The position numbers and the translations under genes are program-made. Of a stretch of DNA of 64,000 nt, positions 33,904-47,677 are shown one piece after another. Origin of the DNA: an uncultured Deinococcaceae bacterium (GTDB lineage: Bacteria; Deinococcota; Deinococci; Deinococcales; Deinococcaceae). How positions within the stretch are numbered: the first letter of the stretch is position 1; every line of letters begins with the position of its first letter. The notes below the pieces were generated by a model. It saw only the letters and a program-made list of their open reading frames with translations. It was not told where the DNA came from and did not search any database. Location of the stretch: NCBI GenBank assembly GCA_964252075.1, contig CAXULY010000004.1, forward strand, positions 96,001-160,000, written 5' to 3'.

Positions 33904-34707
33904 TCATTTCACCCCGACGCCCAGCAGGTGCGCGCTGGCGCCCAGCAGGCTGGGTTCTTCCTCCAGGGTGCGCACCACTGCCAGGAGTTCCGCGCGGCGC
34001 GTGGGGTCCTGCCAGTGCGCGCTGAGGTCGGGGAGCAGGTGCGCGACGCCCTCAATGGCGTACACGCGCACGTCACGCAGGCCCGCGGCGGTCAGCTCGG
34101 CGCGGAGCTCGTCGGGGTGGTGGAAGTACGCGGTGGTGAACCAGCCGGGGCGCCCCTCGGGGTTCTCGTGCTGCCCGGTGGCGAGGTCCCGGTCGCGAAT
34201 GGCGCGGAAGGCGAGGTCCGCGTGGAGGTTCCTCCAGAGGCCGTCCAGGGTGGATGCGAAGCGTGAGATGCTGGCGGCCAGCACGGTCCCGCCGGGCCGC
34301 AGGGTGCGGCGCGCCTCGGTGAGTGCCGCGTGGCGGTCCTCGGCGCGCGTGAGGTGGTAGAGGGGGCCGAGCAGCAGGACGGTATCGGCCGCGCCATCGG
34401 GGTACGGGAGGGCGCGGGCGTCCCCGAGGGTCACGGTCGCGAGGGCCTGCAGGGTGGGGTCGGCGCGCACGCGGTCCACGTGCGTGGGCATGGCGTCGAG
34501 GTAATGAACGGTGTGGCCGTCCTGCAGGAGGGCGCGGGCGTAAGGTCCGGTGCCGCCGCCCACGTCGAGGATGACGGCGGGCGTGGGGGGCAGGTGGCGG
34601 CGCACGAATTCGAGGGTGCGCGTGAACTCCAGCGGTCCGGCGCCGCCTTGCAGGCGGGTGTGCTCGCGGTCCTGGCCGGAGTCGGTCTGCAGTCGCGCGG
34701 TGTCCAT
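33904..34707 (-). CDS. Class I SAM-dependent methyltransferase
   Basis: LDVGGGTG, GDARAL, LLGPLYHL. Confidence 0.9.
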   Translation of the reverse strand: MDTARLQTDSGQDREHTRLQGGAGPLEFTRTLEFVRRHLPPTPAVILDVGGGTGPYARALLQDGHTVHYLDAMPTHVDRVRADPTLQALATVTLGDARALPYPDGAADTVLLLGPLYHLTRAEDRHAALTEARRTLRPGGTVLAASISRFASTLDGLWRNLHADLAFRAIRDRDLATGQHENPEGRPGWFTTAYFHHPDELRAELTAAGLRDVRVYAIEGVAHLLPDLSAHWQDPTRRAELLAVVRTLEEEPSLLGASAHLLGVGVK

Positions 34708-35192
34708 ATGCCACGGTAGCGGGCGGGGGGCGCGGTCATGCGCCTGAAGCGAGGTGGCCCTCTGCCACCTCGCTTCAGGCGCTGAGGTGCGTGTGCTGGA
34801 AGGTGTCGGGGGCTTGAGGCCGTCGCCGCTCGCGCGGTCAAGCGCGGTAGGGAACAGGGGCGGTGCCGAGCGCCGCATGTGGGGCCCGCGCTGTGGCCGA
34901 AGCGGCAGGCGAGGAAGCTGAGGTGCGTCAGGAAGCCCAGCCGCCAGCCCCACGCGTCGTCGAGGGCTAGGGATGCGGTGACGGTGCCCGCCAGAGGGTG
35001 AGGCCTTCGAGGCGCAGCAAGGTGCTCCGTCTGCGGCGGAGAGTGTAGGTCTTCATGGCCGAGCTCCATGCAAGGCGTCCATTGTTCCCCGTTAGTGCCC
35101 ATCGCGGGAACTTCCAGGGATCAAGACGGACGTTGTCCGCTTCCCCGCACGGCTTTACAAATCGCTATGGGCGGGCACTCTAGCCTGCTCCC

Positions 35193-35630
35193 ATGCTCTT
35201 CACCATCGGGTATGAGGGCGCGCCGCTCGACGCCCTCATCGACACCCTGCGCGGCGCGGGCGTGCAGACGCTCGTGGACGTGCGGGAGCGCGCGCAGAGC
35301 CGCCGCCGCGGCTACTCCAAGACCGCCCTCGCGGAAGCGCTGGCGGGCGCGGGCATCCGCTACCTGCACCTGCGCGCCCTCGGCACGCCCCCCACCCTCC
35401 GCAAACCCTACAAGCTGGACCACGACTTCGCCGCGCTCACGCGCGGTTACGCGGCCCACCTGGCCACCCAGGGCGAGGTGCTGGAGGAGCTTGGCGCGCT
35501 CGCCGCACGCGAGTGCACCTGCCTGCTGTGTTACGAGGCCGAAGCGCACACCTGCCACCGCTCCCTGATCACGGAGCGCCTGCAGGCGATGGGCCTGCTG
35601 GACGCCGCGGAGCACCTGCACGTGGTGTGA
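35193..35630 (+). CDS. DUF488 family protein
   Basis: FTIGYEG, LVDVR, LLCYE, CHR. Confidence 0.88.
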   Translation: MLFTIGYEGAPLDALIDTLRGAGVQTLVDVRERAQSRRRGYSKTALAEALAGAGIRYLHLRALGTPPTLRKPYKLDHDFAALTRGYAAHLATQGEVLEELGALAARECTCLLCYEAEAHTCHRSLITERLQAMGLLDAAEHLHVV

Positions 35631-35723
35631 CGCGCCCACCAAGATTTTTACCGCGCTTTAACACTCCTGCGCGAGATTCTGGGCGGACCACCGCACCTAT
35701 CCGCGGCGCGCCTCCCAGCCCCC

Positions 35724-36731
35724 ATGACCCCACCCACGCCCCGCCCCTCCTTCCTCGCCCGCGCGTGGCGGGCCGCCCGTCCGCCGCACCAGCACCGCGC
35801 CGCATTCGAGGGCGTGCTGGGCACCGCCCTCGACCTTCACCTCGTCACGGAACGCCCCGAGCAGGCGCGGGCCGCCGAGGACGCCCTCCTCGCGGAGATC
35901 AGTCGGCTGGAGCGGATCTTCAGCCGCTTCGACCCGGACAGCGAACTGAACCGCTGGCTGGGCGCGCCGCACGAGGCGCCCACCTCACGCGAACTGGGCG
36001 ACCTGCTGCGCACGAGCCTGCAGTGGCTGCACCGCACGAGCGGCGCCTTCCACCCTGGCGCGGACGCGCTCGGCGACCTGTGGCGCCGCTGCGCCCACGA
36101 GGGCCGCACGCCCAGCGAGGCGGACCGCGCGGCGCTGACCGAGCGGTTGCGCGGCCCGCCCTACGCCGTCCGCGCGGACGGGCGGGCCGCGACGCGCCTC
36201 AAGCCCCTCACCCTGAACTTCAACGCCATCGCGAAGGGCCGCATCGTGGACGCCGCCTGCCACGCCGCCCTCACCGTGCCCGGCGTGCGCGAGGTGCTGC
36301 TGAACATCGGCGGGGACCTGCGCCACCATGGCGCGCGAGCCCGCACGGTCGCCATCGCGGACCCCTTCACGCGCGCGGACAACGCCCCACCCAGCGCGGT
36401 GCTGCGCGTGCAGAATCAGGGCGTCGCCACGAGCGGCGGCACGCACCGCGGTTACCGGGTGGGCGAGCATTGGTTCACGCACGTCCTCGATCCGCGCACG
36501 GGTCTGCCCGCGGACGCCGTGGCGGGCGTGAGCGTCATCGCGCCGGACTGCGCCACCGCCGACGTCCTCGCCACCGCCCTGAACGTCCTGCCGCCCGAGG
36601 AGGGCCTCGCCCTCGCGGACGCCCTGCCGGACGTCGGCTGCCTCATCACCACCCGCGACCGCCAGCGACTCACGAACGCCCACTGGCGGGCGCACGCCCT
36701 CCCCTCCCCCACCCCCCGAGGTCCGTCATGA
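35724..36731 (+). CDS. FAD:protein FMN transferase (ApbE family)
   Basis: DSELNR, NAIAKG, NIGGD, ATSGG..RG, DPRTG, ADVLATA. Confidence 0.9.
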   Translation: MTPPTPRPSFLARAWRAARPPHQHRAAFEGVLGTALDLHLVTERPEQARAAEDALLAEISRLERIFSRFDPDSELNRWLGAPHEAPTSRELGDLLRTSLQWLHRTSGAFHPGADALGDLWRRCAHEGRTPSEADRAALTERLRGPPYAVRADGRAATRLKPLTLNFNAIAKGRIVDAACHAALTVPGVREVLLNIGGDLRHHGARARTVAIADPFTRADNAPPSAVLRVQNQGVATSGGTHRGYRVGEHWFTHVLDPRTGLPADAVAGVSVIAPDCATADVLATALNVLPPEEGLALADALPDVGCLITTRDRQRLTNAHWRAHALPSPTPRGPS

Positions 36732-37312
36732 AACGCCCGCCGCTGAACCCCCTCCTCACCCGCCGCGGTTTCCTCGCGCGCAGCGCCGCCGCCGCCCTCA
36801 CCGTCGCGCTCGGGCGCCTCGGCACCGCGGGCGCGCAGGCCGCCACCCCCAGATTCAGCGGCGCGATGGAACTCGCCGTGAACTTCACCCTCACCCCACC
36901 AACCTCCGGGCGCGCGCAGCGGCCCTACATCGCCGTGTGGCTGGAGAACAGCTCCGGTCAGCCGGTCCGCACGCTGAGCCTGTGGGTGAACACCTCCGGG
37001 CGCGGCCAGCGGTACATCCGCGAGCTCAGGCGCTGGTTTCAGGACACGCAGGGCGGCGGCCCCCTCATTGACGCGGTGTCCAGCCCCACCCGGATGCCCG
37101 GCCAGTACAGCGTCAGCTGGGACGGCCGCGACGACCGCGGCGCGCCCGTCGCGCTCGGCGAGTACGCGCTGTGCATTGAGTACGCCCGCGAGCACGGCCC
37201 CTACGACCTCATCCGTGAGAAGGTGACGCTCGGGAACGCGCCCTTCAGGAAGGCCCTGCCTGGGAACGCCGAGGTGGGCGAGGTGAGCGTTGAGTACCGC
37301 ACGCGGGCCTGA
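36728..37312 (+). CDS. DUF2271 protein with Tat signal
   Basis: TRRGFL; RPYIAVW, DAVSSPTR, WDG, EYAREHG. Confidence 0.85.
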   Translation: MKRPPLNPLLTRRGFLARSAAAALTVALGRLGTAGAQAATPRFSGAMELAVNFTLTPPTSGRAQRPYIAVWLENSSGQPVRTLSLWVNTSGRGQRYIRELRRWFQDTQGGGPLIDAVSSPTRMPGQYSVSWDGRDDRGAPVALGEYALCIEYAREHGPYDLIREKVTLGNAPFRKALPGNAEVGEVSVEYRTRA

Positions 37313-37919
37313 GCGCGCCGCGCGCCCGGAGCGCCGCCCCCGCACCCTGAAGGCCCGCACCTTCGGGTGGCTGCGCTGGCTGCACATCTACACCAGCATG
37401 GTGAGCCTGCTGGTCGTGCTGTTCTTCGCGCTGACGGGCATCACCCTGAACCACCCGGACTGGACCTTCGGCGGCGCGGAACGCCAGCGCGAGGTCGCCG
37501 GACAGCTCCCCGCGAACTGGCGGTCCGGCACGCAGGTGAACTGGCTGACCGTGGACGAGACCCTGCGGCAGGCGGGCCTGCACGGCGTCGCGCAGGACCC
37601 GCGCAGCGACGACCAGGGCGCCACCCTGAGTTTCCGCGCGCCCGGCTACTCCGCCGACGTGACCGTCACGCCCACCGGACAGTACACCGCGAACGTGGAC
37701 GAGCAGGGCGCGCTGGCGGTCCTGAACGACTTCCACCGCGGTCGCGACGCGGGCGGCGCGTGGGCGTGGGTGGTGGACCTCTCCGGGGCGTTCCTGGCGG
37801 TCATCTCGCTGACGGGCCTGGGCCTCATGCTGTACCTGCGGAAGGTGCGCGCGGCGGCCCTCGCGACCCTGCTAGGCGGCGCGGCGCTCGTGGTGGTGCT
37901 GATGAAGCTCGCCGCCTGA
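37290..37919 (+). CDS. PepSY-associated TM helix protein
   Basis: RWLHIY, LTGITLNH, LNDFHRGR. Confidence 0.88.
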   Translation: MSTARGPERAARPERRPRTLKARTFGWLRWLHIYTSMVSLLVVLFFALTGITLNHPDWTFGGAERQREVAGQLPANWRSGTQVNWLTVDETLRQAGLHGVAQDPRSDDQGATLSFRAPGYSADVTVTPTGQYTANVDEQGALAVLNDFHRGRDAGGAWAWVVDLSGAFLAVISLTGLGLMLYLRKVRAAALATLLGGAALVVVLMKLAA

Positions 37920-37947
37920 CCGCAAGACACCGTAGGATGAACGGCAC

Positions 37948-38703
37948 ATGACCCGCCCCGCCCGCCGCCGCTCCCGCCGCCTCGTGTGGTTGGCGGCGGC
38001 GCTGCTGCTGCTGGCCGCGCTGATCCTGATCTTCCGCGTGCAGCTCACCGTGCCGCCCGCGCAGGCCCTCGCGCGCGGGGACGACCTGCTGCGCGCGCGG
38101 ACGGTGCTCGCCATCGTGGGGCACCCGGACGACCTGGAGTGGTACATCGGCGGGACGCTGCACCGCCTCGCTCAAGCCGGCGCGAACGTGCAGGTGGTCG
38201 TCGCGACGAACGGCGAGAAGGGTCCGAACCGCACCGACAGCCCCGACCTGCCCCGCACGCGCCGCGCGGAACAGCTCGCGGCGGCGCGCGTGAACGGCTA
38301 CACCCGCGTGCGCTTCCTGGGCCTGCCGGACCGCGGCTCGGCGCGCGACCCGCGTTTCCTGCCAGACGTGAAGGCGATCTACCAGGAGGTGCGCCCGGAC
38401 GCGGTGTTCCTCTTCGACCCCAGCTTCCCCGCCCTGCCGTACCTGCACGTGGATCACCAGGGCACCGCGCGGGCCTTCCTGACGTACTGGGGTGCGCTCG
38501 GCGCGGACCGCCCGCCCGTGTACCTGTTCCAGACGCGCCGCCCGGACGCCGCCGTGGACATCAGCGCCGTCATGGGCACCAAGGCGCGCGCCCTCGCGCA
38601 GCACGTCAGCCAGAACGGCGGGAGCGGCCAGGGCATGCGCCGCCTGTTCAACGGGCGCGCGGTGGGCGTGGCGTCCGCCGAGTTCTTCCGCGTGCTGCGT
38701 TAA
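37948..38703 (+). CDS. PIG-L family deacetylase, membrane-anchored
   Basis: GHPDD, TNGEKG, HVDH, HVSQ. Confidence 0.88.
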   Translation: MTRPARRRSRRLVWLAAALLLLAALILIFRVQLTVPPAQALARGDDLLRARTVLAIVGHPDDLEWYIGGTLHRLAQAGANVQVVVATNGEKGPNRTDSPDLPRTRRAEQLAAARVNGYTRVRFLGLPDRGSARDPRFLPDVKAIYQEVRPDAVFLFDPSFPALPYLHVDHQGTARAFLTYWGALGADRPPVYLFQTRRPDAAVDISAVMGTKARALAQHVSQNGGSGQGMRRLFNGRAVGVASAEFFRVLR

Positions 38704-38864
38704 AGCGTTCCAGCGCGCAATTTGGCCGTTCGCTCAGCGTTCGGCCAAGTGGGGTTCACAGCCGCTTCACAGGCGGCGCGGCGGAGCGTGCAGACAATAA
38801 ACCCTGTCGGCGGAACGCGCTCGCCGCCCGCACCGCTCCCCACCTCACTTACAGGAGGCCCCAC

Positions 38865-39947
38865 ATGGCCACGGATCACCCACGCCCACCGCACGACGAG
38901 ACGACCGACGCCGCGCCCACCACCACGCAACCCACGCGCCGCACCATGATCGGGCGGCTCGGCACGGGACTCCTCACGGTCTTCGCGGCGCCCGCCGCGC
39001 TCGCGCAGCGGAACGCCACCTCCGCCACCACCCAGCCGTCCGTGTCGCAGCGCCCCCCCGGACAGAGCATCAAGCGCGACCCCACCACCCAGTACGTCCG
39101 CCCGCCTTTCCAGAAGCAGACGCAGCCCTGGCCGGGCCTCGCGGGCAAGATGATCCCCAAGCCCGACCACGGCGAGACCACCTACCAGGGCTCCGGGCGC
39201 CTGATCGGCCGCAAGGCGCTCATCACGGGCGGGGACAGCGGCATCGGGCGGGCCGTCGCGATCGCCTTCGCGCGCGAGGGCGCGGACGTCGCCATCAACT
39301 ACCTCCCGGTCGAGGAGCCCGACGCGCGCGAAGTCGTTCAGCTGATCCGCGCGGCGGGCCGCAAGGCCGTCGCGATTCCCGGTGACATCCGCAGCGAGGC
39401 CTTCTGCAACCAGCTCGTCGCGGAGGCGGTGCGTCAGCTGGGCGGCCTGGACATCCTCGTGAACAACGCGGCGCGCCAGCACCAGGTGGGCTCCATCATG
39501 GACCTCACCACCGAGCTGTTCGACTGGACCTTGAAAACCAACCTGTACGCGATGTTCTGGATCACGAAGGCCGCCATGCCGCACTTCCAGCCGGGCGCCG
39601 TGATCATCAATACCGCGTCCGAGCAGGCGTACGACCCGTCCGCGAACCTGCTGGATTACGCGCAGACGAAGGCGGCCATCGTGAACTTCACGAAGTCCCT
39701 CGCGAAGCAGCAGGCGCACCGCGGCATCCGCGTGAACGCCGTGGCGCCCGGCCCGATCTGGACGCCCCTGCAGCCGAGCGGCGGGCAGGACCCGAACAAA
39801 CTCCCGCAGTTCGGCGCGGACACTCCCATGGGCCGCCCCGGTCAGCCCGCGGAACTCGCTCCCGTGTACGTGCAGCTGGCCTCGCAGGAAAGCAGTTACG
39901 CCACCGCGCAGGTGTACGGCGTGAACGGCGGCAACGCGCAACCCTGA
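38865..39947 (+). CDS. YghA-like SDR oxidoreductase with N-terminal Tat-like signal
   Basis: [36 protein letters not shown]...AALAQ. Confidence 0.9.
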   Translation: MATDHPRPPHDETTDAAPTTTQPTRRTMIGRLGTGLLTVFAAPAALAQRNATSATTQPSVSQRPPGQSIKRDPTTQYVRPPFQKQTQPWPGLAGKMIPKPDHGETTYQGSGRLIGRKALITGGDSGIGRAVAIAFAREGADVAINYLPVEEPDAREVVQLIRAAGRKAVAIPGDIRSEAFCNQLVAEAVRQLGGLDILVNNAARQHQVGSIMDLTTELFDWTLKTNLYAMFWITKAAMPHFQPGAVIINTASEQAYDPSANLLDYAQTKAAIVNFTKSLAKQQAHRGIRVNAVAPGPIWTPLQPSGGQDPNKLPQFGADTPMGRPGQPAELAPVYVQLASQESSYATAQVYGVNGGNAQP

Positions 39948-39966
39948 CCGACCGAAACGTGTGGCA

Positions 39967-40012
39967 TGGCTGCCTGCGAGCGAAGGATCATTTCTTCGCT
40001 TGCAGGCAGCCA
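39967..40012. terminator. Long hairpin between convergent genes
   Basis: tggctgcctgcgagcgaagga / ttcttcgcttgcaggcagcca, ~21 bp with G-U pairs. Confidence 0.65.
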
Positions 40013-40130
40013 CCCTTTATCGACACGCCCCATCCCCGGCCCCATGGGTGACTTGCGAACGGACTTCGCGAGGAGCCGCGCTGCTCCACAGGCGGCCCCA
40101 TCCAGGCGCCAGGGTGCGGGCCAAGTCCAC

Positions 40131-40697
40131 TCAGCCCCAGTCGTCGTCCGGCGCGCCGCCCGCCTGCGGGGCGGGGAACCAGGGGTACGCGGCGGCCAGC
40201 GCCGCGTCCAGCTGAACGGCAAGCGCGCGCCGCACGAAACGCTCCTCCGGCGCCGTGAGTGACCCCGCGCCGCCCGCCACGCGCCGCAACTCCCCGTCCA
40301 GCGCCCGCGCGTACGGCTCACGCGCCTTGCGCACCGCGCCCTTCCGGATGGGCTGAGGGGTGATGCCGGGCGTCCACTCCCCCACCAGCGCCGAAAGCAG
40401 GCGCTCCCGGTTGGCCCTCCGCGTGCGGCCCGCGCGCTCGGCCCGCTCGCGGGCGTCCATCGCGCGCGCCTGCGCCACCAGGAAGCGCTCCTCCCGCTCG
40501 GCGTCCGTCACGCGCTCCTCGCGGTAGAGCTTCACGGGCGGCAGGCGTCGGCGCCCCATCTTCAGGCCGTTGGGGCGGGTCAGGTCGTGCTCGCCCAGGA
40601 ACTCACGGATGAGGCGCGCCGTCCAGCCGCGCTCCTTGAGGTCCTGCGTGGCGAGGAAGCCTTCCGGCGTGACGGGTGGCGGCGAACGCTTGGGCAT
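40131..40697 (-). CDS. Hypothetical basic protein
   Basis: LKERGWT..LI..FLG...VKLY pattern; host codon bias. Confidence 0.65.
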   Translation of the reverse strand: MPKRSPPPVTPEGFLATQDLKERGWTARLIREFLGEHDLTRPNGLKMGRRRLPPVKLYREERVTDAEREERFLVAQARAMDARERAERAGRTRRANRERLLSALVGEWTPGITPQPIRKGAVRKAREPYARALDGELRRVAGGAGSLTAPEERFVRRALAVQLDAALAAAYPWFPAPQAGGAPDDDWG

Positions 40698-40865
40698 AGG
40701 GCAGCAGGCTCCTGGGGTGACGGGATCAGACGCCGCAGTGTACGACCCGCGCGCCCCGCGGCGCCCATCCGAGAAGGGACGGGCGTGAGGACCGGTTGCC
40801 CACTCAGCTCAGCGCGTGTTGACCATTCGCGGCGGACATCGCGGGGAGGGTGCTGCCCGTGGCCC

Positions 40866-41267
40866 TCACGCGCGCTTCTTCCCGCCGGACGCGGCGAACG
40901 TGGCGGCCTCACGGATGAGCGCCCTGAACGCCTGAGCGTCAAGCTCCGCGCCCTCGTGGAGGTCGATGGCGCGCCGGGCGTTCCCCTCAAGGCTGGCGTT
41001 GAAAAGCCCAGCTGGGTCCGGCAGGGAAGCGCCCTTCGGGAAGGTCAGCTTCACCGCCGCCTTGTACGCCTCCCCCGTGCAGAGGATGCCCCCGTGAGAC
41101 CAGACGGGCACGCCCCACTTCCACTCCTCGGTTCCCTCCGGGTCGGCCTCGCGGATGAGGGCGCGCACCCGCGCGAGCGTCTCGCCCCGCCAGTCCTGCA
41201 GACTGGCAATCCGCTCGGAGATGAGCACGGAGGCCGCTTCACCCGTCGCCTGGGGTCGCCCCGTCAT
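40866..41267 (-). CDS. DUF1801 (YdhG-like) protein
   Basis: DWRG..L, EEWKWGVPVW, FPKGASL.DP..LFN. Confidence 0.88.
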   Translation of the reverse strand: MTGRPQATGEAASVLISERIASLQDWRGETLARVRALIREADPEGTEEWKWGVPVWSHGGILCTGEAYKAAVKLTFPKGASLPDPAGLFNASLEGNARRAIDLHEGAELDAQAFRALIREAATFAASGGKKRA

Positions 41268-41316
41268 GAGGTCACCCTGCCCTTGAAAGCCGTGGCTTCA
41301 GGTGGTCTCTGCGTGC

Positions 41317-45297
<3,981 letters not shown>

Positions 45298-45387
45298 GCG
45301 GACAGGATAGAGCGGCCCGGGAAAGAGCGGGGTAATGTGGGGGCTTGACAGACGCAGCAATTTTTACATGGCAAGCGTCCATCGTTC

Positions 45388-46236
45388 TCAGCTAATTTGT
45401 CTGAGAATGTACTTCAATATTCTGTAGGCTGGCTCGTAACATTTAATAGCGTTTTCATTTGGTACCAATTCTCCATGAAAGAGATGGCACCTCATTTGAT
45501 ATAAAATTTCTATCACCCCAGCATATAAATCCTCCTCCGTGCATTTAAAATCTATTGAGCCACATCTTATTATCTTTACGCCGCAGTTTAAAAGATCTAC
45601 AGGCGCTTTAGGATTTAAGCCTCTATACAGTGCGAGCACATATTGGGACTGATGCTCATTTAGATCGCCATCTCTAACCAAGCTACTCAATCTGTCGATA
45701 TCATATCTGTTATGGCTATCTATAAATCTGATATTGCCGCTTCGGCCTTTTACTCTTACCTCAATTAAACTTACCCCCCCTCTACTACCTAGATTAACTA
45801 TTATAGAATATTCAACACTGCTAAAAATTTTAGTAATGCTTGACATCGGCCTATCCCTCAGGTGTATATTAGAGAATGTAATTCTTCTCCTTTTAATACC
45901 TTTACCTGAGTACAGGCTGTACCTCTCTAAATTGCTATGCAACGAGGCAATGTCCACAAAGAAGCTTTCCTCTTCCTGAGAAGGTCTAAAGCCGCCATCC
46001 TGATCGGTTAATGCAAATTTTGGAACTATCGAATTTCTAATTGAGTTATCTTCATCTTTTATCTTATCAATAACATCCCTATCCCGCAATTCCTCTTCGT
46101 CCTCATCATAGACATTCCTGTACCAGGCATTGAAAGATAGCCAAGCTGATACAAAAAGAGGCAAATAGTCTATATCTGATATACTATCCCACAAAGCTTT
46201 GTTTTCTATATAATATCTGTTAGGCATATCTCTCAC
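45388..46236 (-). CDS. HEPN-motif protein (putative RNase effector)
   Basis: N-terminal FVSAWLSFNAWY helix and C-terminal LYQMRCHLFHG (Rx4H); overlaps the S gene stop. Confidence 0.7.
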   Translation of the reverse strand: MRDMPNRYYIENKALWDSISDIDYLPLFVSAWLSFNAWYRNVYDEDEEELRDRDVIDKIKDEDNSIRNSIVPKFALTDQDGGFRPSQEEESFFVDIASLHSNLERYSLYSGKGIKRRRITFSNIHLRDRPMSSITKIFSSVEYSIIVNLGSRGGVSLIEVRVKGRSGNIRFIDSHNRYDIDRLSSLVRDGDLNEHQSQYVLALYRGLNPKAPVDLLNCGVKIIRCGSIDFKCTEEDLYAGVIEILYQMRCHLFHGELVPNENAIKCYEPAYRILKYILRQIS

Positions 46237-47677
46237 TTGCAGTGTTAATACATTTTATTGCCGCTTCTTCTGATTCCTCAATAGCGATCTCAACTGCTTG
46301 CTTAGCAGATTCGAGAAGACGGATAGACCGTTGTTTCGCATCGAATCCTTTGAGTACAAGGGTGCGTATTTGCTTTTGAAGAGGTTCAGGGGCATCCCAA
46401 ATAGAAAAGCGCGCTATATCGGCAGGGTACAATTCAATTTGTCCCGAGGACCCCCGAAGCCTTTGTTCAACTTGCATTTGTCCAAGATGACTATTGAGAA
46501 ATACTGAAAGATAGACAGGGTCTATCCGCCCAGGTATTGGACGCAAAACCGTTACATGATTGTCAGGTACAGATTCAAAGTCAAAGAGATAAGGGGCTGC
46601 GCGTCCAATCGTGCCAACTCCCGTCCCATTCATAGCCACATCGCCTATACGCAGGGATAGATCGTATTCGCTGTGCGTAAAACGGTTGTCATCGTTGATT
46701 TGAATTTGACCGTGTACAACGTGCTTTGAGTTCACAACGGGCAACCCGGAATCTGAATAGGAAGGTTGCTTGCCGCGCTCATGTAATACCAAGAGGTCAC
46801 CTAATTTTGTAGACGCACCTGTATTTTCAATTTGTAGTGCAAGGTCTACATACTTTTCTTTAAAATGCTCGGCATCCAGCCTTCCCGCCCCAAACACATC
46901 CTTCGAGGTGCGCTCGTATGTCAGTGGCTCCGGGGGCTGCCACTGCTCTAACCCAAGCTCGGAGAGCAAGAGGGCCTCAGCTCGCCTAAGCTGGGCATGC
47001 GCCTGTCCCTGCAATTCCTCGCTTTTTTTGTAAATCGTTTTAATAGCATCTGTGAAATCGTAAGAAACGTCTGGAATAGGAATACTATACAAATCGTCTT
47101 TCGCTATATAACTAACAAGAAGATTGGTTTTAAGTCTGTCCTTTAGTGCTTGTCCATATTTAGTCAGTAAAAAAAACTGCTACTATATACTTTTTGTCAT
47201 CCTCGTTTGTAGTAAGCTTGAAACAAGTCCCACTGACCAAAGTTTTCCTAGGGAATCCCTCTGGAACAATTGCAATCTTTTCTGCTCTGCCCTTGACTTC
47301 TATCAAGAGCTCTCCCGACTGAATTCTTCCTTTCGTATACCTTATCCACTCTGACTCTGCTACGCGAATCATGTCTTCAGAATTGATGAAAGGTGTCGTT
47401 ATGTTGGAAGATTGAAGAAAATATGGAAGAGTGCTATTATAATCGCCCTCAATGGCTTCTGTATTTTCGTAAACAACCCTATACCCAGACTTAACCAGAC
47501 TGCCGAGCTCTGGTGAGCCTTCAAGCCGCTTGGCTGCAAATAGCGCTGCACGGTTGAAATATTCTGGATCAATTCTTATTTGAGCGTTACCTGCTTTGAC
47601 CTCGCTCAGGCCAACTTCGGCCATTTCCAGCCCCTCCTGAAGTGCCCGGTAGCGGGCTTCATCGAAGGGGCGATCTA
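46220..47677 (-). CDS. RM specificity (S) subunit with two TRDs, interrupted by a +1 frameshift at T8 (47169-47176)
   Basis: RIDPEYF and RLDAEHF half-repeats; TRD2 YLSVFLNSHLGQMQ; TRD1 continues FLLTKYGQALKDRLKT...IPIP in the other frame. Start is either a fusion to RM or ATG 47624. Confidence 0.8.
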
